64,000 nt of DNA from Ostrea edulis. Taxonomy: Eukaryota. The position numbers and the translations under genes are program-made. Shown here in pieces: positions 24,640 to 36,863 of the stretch (positions are counted from its first letter, which is position 1; each line of letters starts with the position of its first letter). The stretch lies in NCBI RefSeq assembly GCF_947568905.1, contig NC_079169.1:80662001-80726000 (forward strand). Reading direction: 5' to 3'. A model generated the notes under the pieces. The model was not told where the DNA came from. It ran no database searches and saw only the letters and a list, made by a program, of their open reading frames with translations.

Positions 24640-25588
24640 AAGTTTTACTTTTCTGTGGCTACTATTTGCATAGTGATGTATAGCAGGATGGTCTCTACCA
24701 AAATTGTGAATTTCATGATCCCCGGGGTAGATGTTCTGACTCTAGGGTGGGGCTAAGTTTGGCATGTAGTGTTTATGTGTAAACATTTGAATAACATCTT
24801 GTTTAATGCTATTGGTACTGATTTGAAACTAAATGGATACTTAGAAACAACAGGTAGCCCATTACCAGAATTGTAAATTATATTATACAAGGCGTTTTTT
24901 GGTAACATGGTGGGACCAAAATGCTCGTAGTGATTTTAATTTTACAGTCCCAGAGTTCTGACTGTAGGGCAGGTCCAAAATAGTCATATAGTGTCAATGT
25001 AATATATACATGTATTATGTTAAGACTTTCATTAATATGGGCACTTTCAGGGGCATTTACATTTTAAGAACATAATCTTATTTTATTCTGCTGCTGATTA
25101 TCAACATCTAGTACAGGTATGCAGAACAGGAAAATTATGATAAATTTCACAGCTCTGGGGGGATAGTGATACTTTTAACTAATATTCAATTGTGAACCAA
25201 TTTCAACCCAACTTGCCATAATGTATCCTTATGTACAGGGAATTTGAAATTGTTCAAATTAAGGGTCACAACCTTTTCAATAGGGGAGATAATCAAGAAG
25301 TAGTGAAATCCTGGTGGCATCTACTGGTTGGGAAAGACAATTTATGCAATAGCTTCTTCAGAGAAAGTAAAATTAAAATTGTTCAAATCAGCACTATCTG
25401 TTGATAGGGTAGGGGCACTATTGGGGATCAAAGTTTTACATGCAAATATAAAGGAGAAATCCTTAAAAATCTTCTCAAGAACCACTGGGTCAGAAGAATT
25501 GACATTTACATGAAAGCTTCCTGACATAGAGCAGATTCAAGTTTATCTAAATACTCAGGTGACCGATAAGGCCTTTAGGCCTTTTGTT
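24640..25588 (+). mobile_element. Decayed Helentron/HINE remnants (mixed families)
   Basis: AAAATTGTGAATTTCATGATCCCC motifs, one 166-bp-type unit and a 3' end CAGGTGACCGATAAGGCCTTTAGGCCTTTTGTT. Confidence 0.6.
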
Positions 25589-26910
25589 CAGTAATCTCAC
25601 CGGTTTTTTTTTGTTTTTTGTTTATACATGCAAATGTTTTCAAGCATGTGATCAAGGGAAAGTCGATAACTTTTAAAACTAACTCAGCTTGTGTTTTGTA
25701 GACAAGATATTACTAACAGAAGATAACACAATTTTGTCATTTCGGCATAATTTTCTTACTTTCTGGCAACAATGTGCAATTTTAAATGCACGTTTTCGAC
25801 GAGTTCCCAACATCGTACAGAATAACTTTGTTTAGTTTTTACTCTACTTTTTGAAAATATAATTTGTTTCATTATATTCCAATTATTAACAAAACACCAC
25901 CAATTCAATCCCTTCGGCACTTAAAAGATATCACTGGGCGTTACAGGGTTAAAGTAATTCTGTACTCTTTGAAAAAACAAAAAGTGACATTTAAAAACTA
26001 CATTTGTTAATAAATATAAAAAAAATTTAATGTATATAGGGTGTTATTTTGTACTATTGTGTTATTGCATTATGATAATCAATTTGGGTCAACAGTTATC
26101 ATATTAAGTTTTAGGGGAGGGGAGAGGGGTCTTGATAAAAATTATGTGAATTAAGTTTATTTTTCAGACATTGAACTTTCGATCTCGCCCTTAACTTGTG
26201 TAATTATCTTACAAATGAAGGAAATAGAATGAAATTAAAACTGTTTGTAATATGATATACAATATAATATGATATACTTGTAGATTGAATGATTCATTTG
26301 GAAATAACTTTCAGGTCAATACTATAGATCGATCTACATGTATATATTTACGTACTTGAAAGTAGTTACATGTATATTTAAAAGAAATAGAAAAATATAA
26401 ATGATAAAATGTCTTTCTTCAGTTCGTTAAATGGGATATATGAAAATTTTAAACATTGCATAAATTTTTTTGCATAACTCACTAACATGGGTGGACCTGC
26501 AATTTTTGTGACTTTCATCTCCTGTTTTAAGAAACCAAAGAAAGCGTTTTATCTTTTTTGAAAATATATACAGCAGCTTTTTTATGTCAGTTGCGGTAAA
26601 TCTTTCGTAATTTATGCTGTATATTGTGAGATACACGACCCTCTTGTTAGCTCTGGCTGGTAGGTTAACCTTTAGCTTGATCGGGAAGGCACTTCTGCTC
26701 TGTTGTGTCAGACTATAGGTCTCCTGTTTGATCCCTAGCAGAGGCAAAATACCTACTCTGTGATATATATTTGAAACTAAAGTTTAAATCTAGAGTAGAT
26801 TTTTATTTTTAATGTTTGAAAATAACCCATTTTCAAGATTTTCATTCAATACATGCTGTCATTTTCATGCATGTCACTGGGATTGAAAATACAAGTTCTT
26901 GACTTTGTAG

Positions 26911-27572
26911 TGCATGGAAATCAAAGTACATCAACCCAGACTAATGAGGAAGATGAAAGCATATCCTCATTAAATGAGGAGGAGGAGGAAGAGGCAGGTG
27001 AAGAAAGGGATGACATTGAGGCTGGAAAAAATGAAAATGTGAAAGCAATCATCCATAAACAAGATGATGAGGGCATGAATCCTTCCACAGTGATAGAAAT
27101 AAAGGGAGAGACATCGGTGTATGTGACGGGTAGAAATACGGACAGCCACGTCACCACTGCTGACCTAGAAATGCAGTGTAGTGGGCAGGTGGTGCTGCAC
27201 GTCAAAACGACATGCAAGTCCACAGAGGAGGAAAAGAAATCCGAGCAAGCAGAAGAAGGCGAATTTACAGTGACAGAAAATGAGGACTCAATCACCGACA
27301 GGGGCTGCTTTATCAAAATTCTTAAAAAGCTGCCGTCTGTATGGGAGAAAGATAAAGATGGAGAGAAAAATCAGAAGACGGAGAATACGGATGACACCAG
27401 AAGTATTAAGGAAATCCACACTTCATGTGATCACTATGAGGGCGATCTAAGTACTGGATCCTTAAAGTTCAGTGATACTTTAGAATGTCTGAAGCAATTA
27501 CAAGATGAGAGTGAACTTAACGATCCATATTACGGCATGGTGTCTACTACTGATGAGATCACTTATTTGTGA
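26911..27572 (+). CDS. RNF217: Probable terminal exon 4 of the RNF217-like gene (acidic low-complexity tail ending EITYL*)
   Basis: 220 open codons with E/D-rich coding-like composition in AT-rich DNA. Acceptor TTCTTGACTTTGTAG|TG is phase 1, compatible with donor CAAG|GTGCAG at 22746/7, giving ...FTVQ-VHGNQSTSTQT and a 609-aa protein. The donor is weak, so the linkage is inferred. Confidence 0.6.
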
Positions 27573-27590
27573 TACATTTAGTCCCTGATA

Positions 27591-27933
27591 TTAGTCCACA
27601 TGAGCTGGATGCTGAGCTTTTCTGATCAAAATTTATCTATCCTCTGTCTGCATGTCTATCATATATGTATAAACTTGTCCTATTTTGATATCTATTTAAG
27701 GACCACAGTGCCAAATTTTAACCAAACTTACCTCAAAATTTTCTGTAGTAAGGATTCAAGTCTGTTCAAATGGAGAACTATGTCCTCTACCATGGAGCGA
27801 TAATTACGAAAAAGTGAAATTAGAGTGGTTTGTTTAAAATTCATCTTCCCAAGAACCACTGAATCAGAAATGTCAAAATTTGTATGAAAAAGCAGTGTCT
27901 GAGGTGAGCAATGTGGCCTATAGGACTCATGTG
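27591..27933 (+). mobile_element. Short Helentron/HINE-derived element
   Basis: Degenerate 5' (TTAGTCCACATGAGCTG..GCTGAGCTTTTCTGATC) and 3' (GAGGTGAGCAATGTGGCCTATAGGACTC) terminal motifs. Confidence 0.65.
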
Positions 27934-28362
27934 TTTTGGGTTGTTTTTGTATTTTCTATGTACATGTACTTTCTCCACATGATCTCTTAATGGCATGCTG
28001 TATAATCTGTACGCGTACTTACTTTAGAGTATTGAAATTTGGCGCAGTCAGAGCTTATGCACTATTTGGCGTAATCATGATTCAGCGCTTCTTCTTTGTA
28101 TGAGAATGGAGAATTTCATATTCTAGCACAACTATGTACTAGCATTCTTGCTTCATTGCCAAAGCTGCTAAAATTTGAATCGTGCTAAAATAAGTACTCA
28201 CACAGTAATTTTGCCCTACTCTCATTGAAAAGAATAATGTAAACCAATGCTTGCTTTTCTGAACAATTATGTGTGATTATTATGTCCCATTCATAATTGT
28301 AATGTTCTCTTAGCATGTTTTTACAAATATTTGTCATTGTATGTACTGATTATGATAGGACA

Positions 28363-28913
28363 TTTTTAGCTCACCGGAGCTGAAGACTTGTGCGAGTTTT
28401 TTTTAATCAACGTGTGTGCATTGTTGTTGTTGTAAACTTTTGACAATGTCAGCTTCTTTTCCAGACCCACTGTGTCCAGAGTTGGGACACAATAAAACTT
28501 CGATGTTTTGGTTTCTTCTAATTTTGAAAAAAAAAAAAAGAACCAAACGGCTGCGTTTTTTTTATATTAAGATGCAAGTATCCCCGTGTAGAGTAGATCC
28601 CAGGGTGTGTTTTTTTTTTTTCATAATAAGATCACGTTGACCAAGGCTGTTGAGGTTCATAGTTTTACATGAGAGAATATGAAGAGAAATTCTTTTAAAA
28701 ATCTTCTTGAATATGCTGACATTGTCCTACGGTGTAGATTCAAGTTTGTTCACACCATAACCATGAGGCCAGAATGGGGCCACAATAGAGAGGTTCAGTT
28801 TACATTTAGATACATAATTATGATAAGGAAATTCTTCCTTCAATTTGTTTACTCAAACACATTATGGACTTGCATTTTTTATTTCCATGCAGTGGCAGAT
28901 TCAGGATTTGTAA

Positions 28914-28944
<31 letters not shown>

Positions 28945-29349
28945 GGGAGACAAGGGGGAACGAGGCTTTTTAGGTTACTTGCATGGGTTATTCTAGCTAT
29001 ACTTTATACTGTAATAAAACCTATAACTAACAACAAGTAATTGATTTGTTTCTCTTTATGCACTTTTTTTATATGTATAATTATATCAAATTATTTTTGG
29101 TTACAAAAAAGGGGGGGGGGGGGAGCACACCCACCCCTTCTAAATCTGTCTCTGACATGTATATGATGAATGAGTATTTACATTTAGTGAAAAAAGATAT
29201 ATAAAACATCCAAAAACATGCATCGTTTAAAGTGGTCCAGTTGCAGGGTTTGTCTTATTGCGTACATGTAGCTCTAGTGATTGTATTCCGATATGTTAAC
29301 ATCTCTGTAGAAGCAAGATAGCGCAGGTGAACATTGTGACCCATGGGTT
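28363..29349 (+). mobile_element. Decayed Helentron/HINE with a nested MITE
   Basis: 5' TTTTTAGCTCACCGGAGCTGAAG and 3' CAGGTGAACATTGTGACCCATGGG. Confidence 0.6.
28890..29154. mobile_element. MITE with CAGTGGCAGAT...ATCTGTCTCTG TIRs, internal poly-G tracts, near-perfect 5-bp TSD
   Basis: Flanks CCATG / ACATG; poly-G at about 28915-28942 and about 29111-29123. Confidence 0.6.
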
Positions 29350-29965
29350 TTTTAGCCGAGTTGCAACGAAGTTTAACTTGGCTATTGGTTTGGTGATGCG
29401 GGCAGGCGGGTGGGTGGGCGGGCAGGCGGGTGGTTGGGCGTCAACAATTGGTTTCCGGATGATAACTCGAAAAGTTTACAATCATATCAAATGAAACTTT
29501 GATATGTTGTTGGGTACCAGGCAAGGAAGACCCCTATTGATTTTGGAGAAAAAAGGTCAAAGGTCAAGGTCACAGTGACCGAATATAGAATGAAAATTTC
29601 AGAAAAATTTGGTTTCCGGATGATAACTCAGAAAGTTTAAATCTGAATCAAATGATACTGAAAGATATTGTTATGTATCAGGTTAGGAAGACCCCTATTG
29701 ATTTTGGATAAAATAGGTTAAAGATCAAGGTCACAGTGACCAAAAATAGATTTAAAATTCCAAAAAAGTTCGGTTTCCGGAGGATAACTCGAAATTTTTT
29801 AATTTGAATCAAATGAAACTTGAATATATTGTTGGATATCAGCAAAGCAAGGCCCCTATTGATTTTGGAGGGAAAAGGTCAAAGGTCAAGGTCACAGTGA
29901 CCGAAAATAGATTGAAAACTTCAGACAAATATGGTTTCTGGACAGTAACTCGAAAAGTTTAAAAC
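29350..29965 (+). mobile_element. Helentron-like element of a second family with 161-bp tandem core (about 3.2 units) and GGGC/GGGT microsatellite
   Basis: GTTTCCGG anchors at 29451, 29612, 29773 and a degenerate one at 29934; TTTTAGCCGAG...TTGGCTA 5' motif followed by the microsatellite. Confidence 0.7.
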
Positions 29966-31993
29966 TGAAATTAGTTCTTCACAATTGTAAATATGCCACA
30001 TCATTCCTGACTTTACAATGTATCCCATGCAACTCAGCTCATGCACCCCTTGGTGCATATATTGATTTTTCATTTATAGTTTACTAACATACACAATTCA
30101 TAGATGTTTTCTTAAATCACTATTTAGAGAAAGTTTACAAAGAATAAGATATGATAAAGCTAAAACAAGACGTATATTTCATTTGAAATCAGTGACAAAT
30201 CGTGGTCAGTCAAGCTTCAATAAGTATAGATAAATGGTGGCAGCCTAGACTTTCCGATAATGATGGCAGATATTGGGGTCAATCTAATTAAAATCAGACC
30301 TTCTCTAACTGATTTTAATTAGATTGATATTGGGGTATGACATGATTTAGGACAATACGCCAGTTTCGAGATATGAACTCTTCTGTGTAGGAGGTGCATT
30401 TAGTGGAACTTTGAATGACTAAGTGGGACAGAGTGGACCTACAGTCAGCGAGAAAGACGATGAAATGTATTAAAAGCGGCTTCTCTTTTAATATGTAAAT
30501 GTAGGAAATACAAAATACTATCGAAAGAAATGTTTTACTAAAGTGGAAACATAAAAACAATGTCATGTTTGCAAGTAATGTCTTTGATATGGTACTTATG
30601 CCAATGAAATAACGTGATATGATAAGAATTCTATGTATTTAATTACTCCTTAAATACTTATAACTTACTTGGTTTGTGTATCAGTCGAATTTGGATGATC
30701 TAACAGTGTTAAGAGAAACTTACTGAGTACATTTGCTTACGCAGTGATGAATATTAGTCCCACTCCCGCGTGTAAACAAATTGTTTCATGCCTCACTATA
30801 CACGAGAGTTCTCCAAAGGGAAATAACTCGGGTGTATCTCGAAACCGGCGTATTAGTGTGTATGAATCAAGACCACCTTTTTTAAGGAAAATACATAAAA
30901 GACTGTGATTTTGACACCTGCTCGTGTTTCGAACTCGTACATCATTATGATAGGTATTTGTGTAATATCTAGCTGTATGTATATTATTTTAATGGAAGCC
31001 TATACCCATTATGAATTCGGACCAAAAATACTGCAAATTTTAGGCAAATCTAGAGAAATGAAGATAAATTTCATAAAGCCATATTTATAAATTTTAGACA
31101 CAAAGGAAACAATTTTGATGAGTTAGAAATGTAAACAGCTCCCAGAACTATATTCAACAAGAATATTTTCTGTTTGATCAATTTTGCTCAGATTATGAAT
31201 ACTCAATATATTTGTGACCTGACAATCAGGCAATGAGTCTGTATTTTGATGAATTGAAGATTTTTCTGATATTTTTTATATGCATGTACATGTATTTAAC
31301 CATTAAACATCAAATTACAATCAACTTCAAATTAGATGTACAATGAAGTTCTAATTACATGTACTATTTCAAGTTAAGGACCAAATCCTAGTTCATTTAG
31401 AATTGAAATTGATTTTATATTTTGTTTGAAAGAGAGAATTTGAATTCATGAGTGAAACTATTTGAAATTGTTTAGGTATGTTATTTTTATGAATATTTTG
31501 AATTCATGTTTTTATCATGTCTGGATTTACGGGGTATATTTTGACATGCATTTGGATTATAATTCGTTTATAGTTTGTCATTGTCAAGTTTGGGATCAGT
31601 GAATCTCTGTTCTATTTCATTACCTCAGGGGATTTTGATGCAGGTTTAATAAGGTGTAAAATTTCAACATACTGTGAAAGGAAGTAAATCATGTACTGCT
31701 TGAAAAATGTTTAAAAACCACATACATATTACAAGTACAAACATTACATGTACAAACAAAATCATACAAGTTTATAAAATCTGGGAGGAAATGCCCCACT
31801 TACGTAAATAACAAGTACTAACTGTGTAACATACAGAATAAACCTAGAACTAAATCAACACAAACCCTCAACAATATATTAGTATCTATGACATTTCAAG
31901 GTAATACAATTATGATTTAAATTCAACTTCAATTACAATCTAGAAATTCACTCAGAATATCATAAAAAGTGCAATCACAAACCATAGTACATG

Positions 31994-32335
31994 TGTAACA
32001 GGAAAGGTGAAAATTTAACGCTGGACTGCGAATCGAACCAGGAATCCCGACATTTCTTGTCAGGTGCTCTTAGACTAATCATTGAGCTACCCAGGTTTGA
32101 TTCCCAGTCCAGCCCAAGATTTTCTCATTTCAAATATGTATACACATTTATATTGCATTGGCAAAGATTATATGTCTTGAAGACAATTTAAGGAGGGAGG
32201 AAGATTGTGGTTTGGACCATATGAACTGTGGATATTGGCCTGGATAGCTCAAAGGTTAGAGTACCTGATCAGTATTAATGTAGGAGTCCCAGGTTCAATT
32301 CTGGTCCAGGTATAATTTTCACCTGTTCTATTGCA
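31994..32335. mobile_element. Palindromic element with two inverted tRNA-derived arms (pol III A and B boxes pointing outward)
   Basis: Right arm (+): TAGCTCAAAGG 32245-55, GGTTCAATTC 32292-301. Left arm (-): TAGCTCAA 32089-82, GGTTCGATTC 32039-30. Termini AACAGG(AAAG)GTGAAAATT versus AATTTTCACCTGTT. Confidence 0.7.
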
Positions 32336-32641
32336 TATGTAACCACTCTATGTTAATTGTCTCACTTGTATGTGTTTAATACATGCACTAGCTGTATATT
32401 CAAAGATTTAAAAATACTGTGTCAATTTTACAAGCACTCTTGAGTACCTGTTTAGTGTTATGTTTTTAAAGATGAATAACTATTTGTCACAACAATTTTT
32501 CTAAACGAAATAAATATTAGTCCTACATTCCACGCCCTTTTGAATTTGTTGCCAATCAGTTGGCGCTTGATTAGAGCACAAGGCAGCTGATCACGAGTTT
32601 GTGTTAGGAAGGGTTTTATGGGCGCATCATACTTTTCATCT

Positions 32642-33010
32642 CTCTTTACACGACCATTCCTCACGATAAATTAAAGACTAGACTTTTTGACATCATGGAC
32701 AGTTGCTTCTTCAACAAAAATGGAAAACGCAAATATCCCTATCTAGTGATCATTCATCAAAAAAATTATTTTGATAAACGCCATTCTGATTCCAAGCACA
32801 AGTACTCTGAAGTTAAAATAAAAAAAAATATGCTGGAGTTCCTCATTGACAATATCTTCGTGGACTTTGGTGATCAGGTTTTCCAACAGTTTGTTGGAAT
32901 CCCCATGGGCACGAATTGTGCTCCTTTGTTAGCTGTTAGCTGAGCTGTTTTTATATTCCTATGAAGCAGAATTTATTCAAAAAATTTTACGTGAGAAGGA
33001 AAAATCTCTT
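32642..33010 (+). mobile_element. Penelope-like element reverse transcriptase fragment
   Basis: LYTTIPHDKLK...MLEFLIDNIFVDFGDQVFQQFVGIPMGTNCAPLLA is the PLE RT motif pattern; same family as 61395-62560. Confidence 0.85.
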
Positions 33011-33299
33011 TCTGAAAGACAGTACGCACCGGAGACAATATTTCAATCAAATTATACGTCACAAATTCCAGTCGATTGTTAATCACTGCCACGATATTCA
33101 CTATTCCATCAACGCCGTCCAACAACACATTTCAAGTAAGTTCTCTTGTAATGAGCAGACATCGCTTTTCATGGCCATGGCGCTGTAAAAGAAAAAAAGC
33201 ACAAGCCGAAACAAAAGAATATACAATTATAATGGGATTGGGAGGCAGGGATATTTTTTGCCTGTACCAAAGTTGGATGCTGAGACAGAAAAGGAAGTA

Positions 33300-34760
33300 A
33301 ATGACGCGCATGCTCCGAAAGTAATAAGAAGGGGGAGGACTGCTTATAAGATCTGTCGTTCGTAATAAAAAGAAGGGGGTGTTGTGGAATTACTTATAAG
33401 AGTTGTCGTTCTTTTCATGACCCATGAGATTACCCACAGATTTATATATGCACATGTATGTCATAATGTGCGTGTGACCATACAATTAGTGTATTTGGCA
33501 GAACTTTACCTAATATTGTGCTAACGTACATTTCATGAATTAGGGAATTTTGAGGATCGCCTATGTATATATGCTATATGCTCCACAATATAGAATCAAA
33601 ATAGATGGAGGGCTATGAGATTACGACATTTTTGAAACAATTGAAGACAAATTCTCCCAAACCACCCCCCTTTTACCATTCCATATAATAGCAAACTGCT
33701 TCAAACCCAGGTCTTAACGGATTGGTGTTTTCTGCATATTACTGTACCCAGTGAACAATCGATGAACCAATGATCCACACAGAGTCTGAAAACGTTTAAG
33801 TGAAATTTAAAGGCAGAAGAATTCCATCTACCCATTTGTTTACTCTGTAGCTCTGAAACACCCTTGAGGTACAGACAAGTTGCCCCACCAATACGAAAAG
33901 AGTGAGATTTGCAGGAATTGCTAGGTATTTCTAGAAACTTCAGTGATTTATGTAACATACATGAAAATTGATATTGAGTTCAGGGCTTAGCATTGTTATG
34001 TGCAAATAACTGTTTTCCTTGAATGCTTCGACGGAGATCAGCAAATTGTTGTAATAATTCAAACAACACCAAAGAATCTAGATTTTTCATTATTCTAACG
34101 GAATGGCCCTTCCCAAACTGGTCATTTTGGAACACTGAATTAAAACACAGATTTGGTCTTCAAATATTTGAATATGATTTCTTTCCAATGACACTACTTC
34201 ACTCACCCTCAATCAAGCGAAGAATGCAAGAAGGAATGCTGACTGGAATAATTGGGATTCATACGAAGAATAAGTCAACACAGGAATTATTTTGATTATT
34301 TGTGTAAGCAAAGATAATGTAATGGGTTGCCTATTATCCACAACTTCCCGAGTTCTCCTAAAACTAACCATCAACTTTCGAACCAAAAAAACATTCAGTT
34401 GGATTTTCCACTCATATAACACTTTGCTGTTGAATGTGCCAGACCTGATTCCTTCATAAAAGCTATAAAATTAACAACATGAACTCAAGGGGGTGGCCAC
34501 AAATCATCAAGAGAAGCATGCATCCTAAAATTGATGAATGCCTGAATATCTTGTTTATAAGCTTTACTTGAATTTTCAGATATGCTCGCTTCTAATAGCT
34601 GATCTATAGTAGCTGAACGATTTCCAAAAATTGAGTAGGAATTGGGGAAGAAAACTTCTCTGCTGATGGCCCAACTGACGAAATCTTGCCCACTGAAAAC
34701 GAGAAATAGCATCTGCTATATCGTTGTATTTTCAGCTAATAGAAAAAAGTGGAGTCTTAT
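33300..34760 (-). mobile_element. Decayed Ngaro/DIRS tyrosine-recombinase retrotransposon: RNase H end, YR, SGNH-hydrolase-like ORF
   Basis: Minus-strand NDIADAISRFQWARFRQL (about 34725-34670); ASISENSSKAY; DNRQPIT...YESQLFQSAFLLAFF; HSFRIGGAT and GRWNSSAF (33904-33805); then VWIIGSSIVHW, PPSILILYCG, PNTLIVWS (33780-33420). Many stops and frameshifts. Confidence 0.82.
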
Positions 34761-35454
34761 CAGTATGTAAGCCCCCCCCCCCCCCCCCCCAAAGCCTCCT
34801 ATCGCATGTTGCACCGGTGCCAACTCCCCAATAGATACCTGTCCCTTATAACGTGTGTATTATATGGGATATATGTCTCTGTGATTACAATGAATTCGAT
34901 GGTCATTACACAATACATTTGTTTTAATATTTGTTTATTTCAAAGCATTTAAAAAAAAAAATCTATTAATTCAAGAAATTTAAGAAGGACAGACTTGGAC
35001 GTCTCGAAACAAGTTTTGGTTGTCTCCCTTACAACCGTGGATGTAGACGTGAACATGTAAATATCTGTCACGCAGATTTATATCTTCTTTTCAGAAAATG
35101 AAAATGTAGAGTTTACAGTTTATAAATACACCGTAATTTACATGCTGTATATGTACTATCAATCAATCATCCAAATTTTCATCCACGGTGTTGTTTTACC
35201 TGTTACCAGCAGTGTGTGCAAATTGTCATGTACTGGAAAGTCCAATCCTACGTAATTGACACAAAAGCATGTGAATTGGAAACACACTCAAAATTCCCCT
35301 CATTTGAATTTACCTGGATATGCATTGCAAAAACTGTCTTACATTATGTAAACCTACACACGTTGCAACATAGGTTGCGAGTGCGCGCCTGTGGAGAGAG
35401 AGAAAAAGAGAGAGAGAGAAGGGGGAGAGAGAGAGGGGGGGGGGGCGGCGGCAG

Positions 35455-35815
35455 TAAAACGTGTAAAATGAGGACAAATTTCAACCAAAGGACAGAAGTT
35501 GTGAGGACAAGAATTGCACTATGAGGACAAATAAATGTCCTCACAATTACATTCTCATAAATGTGACCTACAGCATGTGAAAGATGTAGATACAAAATAT
35601 TAGCTTAGTGAGGACAAGTGGTGTGAGGACATGTCCTTACTAATATTCTCTCTCAAAAACCTTTTTTTCATAATTCAAAAGAGAGTATTTGATAAACTTT
35701 TATAGATATCCCTATAGCTATACCTAACATAGTACTTTTTTGCCTTTAGAATAATATATGTGTGTATTCTCTTCTACACATTGTGAGGACGTCCTCATTT
35801 AGTAGGTTTGGTCGT
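35455..35815. repeat. TGAGGAC/GTCCTCA motif-rich segment between purine microsatellites; probable DNA transposon subterminal repeats
   Basis: About eight TGAGGAC or GTCCTCA copies in 360 bp; no clear TIR or TSD found. Confidence 0.4.
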
Positions 35816-35816
35816 C

Positions 35817-35817
<1 letters not shown>

Positions 35818-35859
<42 letters not shown>
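35818..35859. repeat. (AG)n microsatellite, about 21 units
   Basis: Direct. Confidence 0.97.
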
Positions 35860-35863
<4 letters not shown>

Positions 35864-36539
35864 TTAGGACAACCCATCGGAAAGAATGTTACATGGTAAA
35901 TCAAAAAGTTGAATCAAACAAGCAAGTTGACTCTCATGTTTATTTTTAAATTTTAGTGTGGCATGTTGTACTGTCACCGGGTAAATGACATTGCACCATT
36001 AGGCATAGTAATCTACAAAACTTGCTAGGAGACCAGGGCCACAATTTACACCAGAACTTGTGACAAAGATAAAAATCTTCTTTTGGAATTCATTTTATTC
36101 TTTAAATTGAGTTAATTATGATTTTAATATGAATAAGAATAATTTAGTTATGCAATTTTATATGAATATAATCTCACAAAATTAAAGAAGTTGACGATTT
36201 TTTAGAACTACATGTAGGCCTATGTAACATTTCTTGTGTTAGTCGTAAAACAGGGCCCTGATCCAACCTGCACATATTCCTGGTAGTAAGATTGCGGTAT
36301 ACTACTGTAAGAGTTTTAAGAAAACCCATTAGATCCTGCCTTTGTAATGAGAACAAACTAAAATCACGTCCCCTCGGTCCGGTGAAGTAGTCCCATGATG
36401 CGTGATAACAACAGGTGCGAATTGATTTATACCTGTAATTACGGTCACACCAGTATTACGCAACAAAAGCGTATTTGAGAAAACTCGGGCTTCAATGATG
36501 TGAATTCACTTTTTCTAATGTTTTTTTTTTCACTCCAGA

Positions 36540-36629
36540 ATTATGGTCTGGACGTTTTGCCATAAAGAACCTATATAGAAAATATGAAAGCCTTACTTTA
36601 CATAGTTCAGGAGATATTGAATAGGTCAT

Positions 36630-36661
<32 letters not shown>

Positions 36662-36860
36662 AAGATCAAACCATGGTGTTCAAGTTCTTGCCATAAAGAA
36701 TCTATATACAAAATATGAAAGGCTCACCTAAAATAGCTCTGGATATATTTTTAATATGTTATGTTTTCTTAAATGTAGGTCAAACTCCAAGTTCAATATC
36801 ACAAGGTCATGATATGAAACGAAAGGTCTTGCCATTAGAAATATGTGTACAAGATATACC
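36540..36860. mobile_element. Helentron-type ~140-bp tandem core remnant
   Basis: TTGCCATAAAGAA..TATA..AAAATATGAAAG and GTAGGTCAAACTCCAAG repeated at about 140-bp spacing. Confidence 0.55.
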
Positions 36861-36863
36861 TTC

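Noticed and set aside
22847-25527. ORFs 22847-23104, 23464-23652, 23821-24129, 25328-25513 and 25342-25527
   Set aside because: Spurious frames through Helentron satellite units.
26427-26747. 106-aa minus-strand ORF as a gene
   Set aside because: No recognisable domain; fragments (SHN..KL, TDIKK) look more like a decayed CR1 3' end, too weak to list as a feature.
26921-27316. 131-aa minus-strand Ser-rich ORF
   Set aside because: Antisense shadow of the acidic plus-strand exon.
32237-32310. Functional tRNA gene
   Set aside because: Anticodon arm and acceptor stem are degenerate, and it is one arm of an inverted-repeat element.
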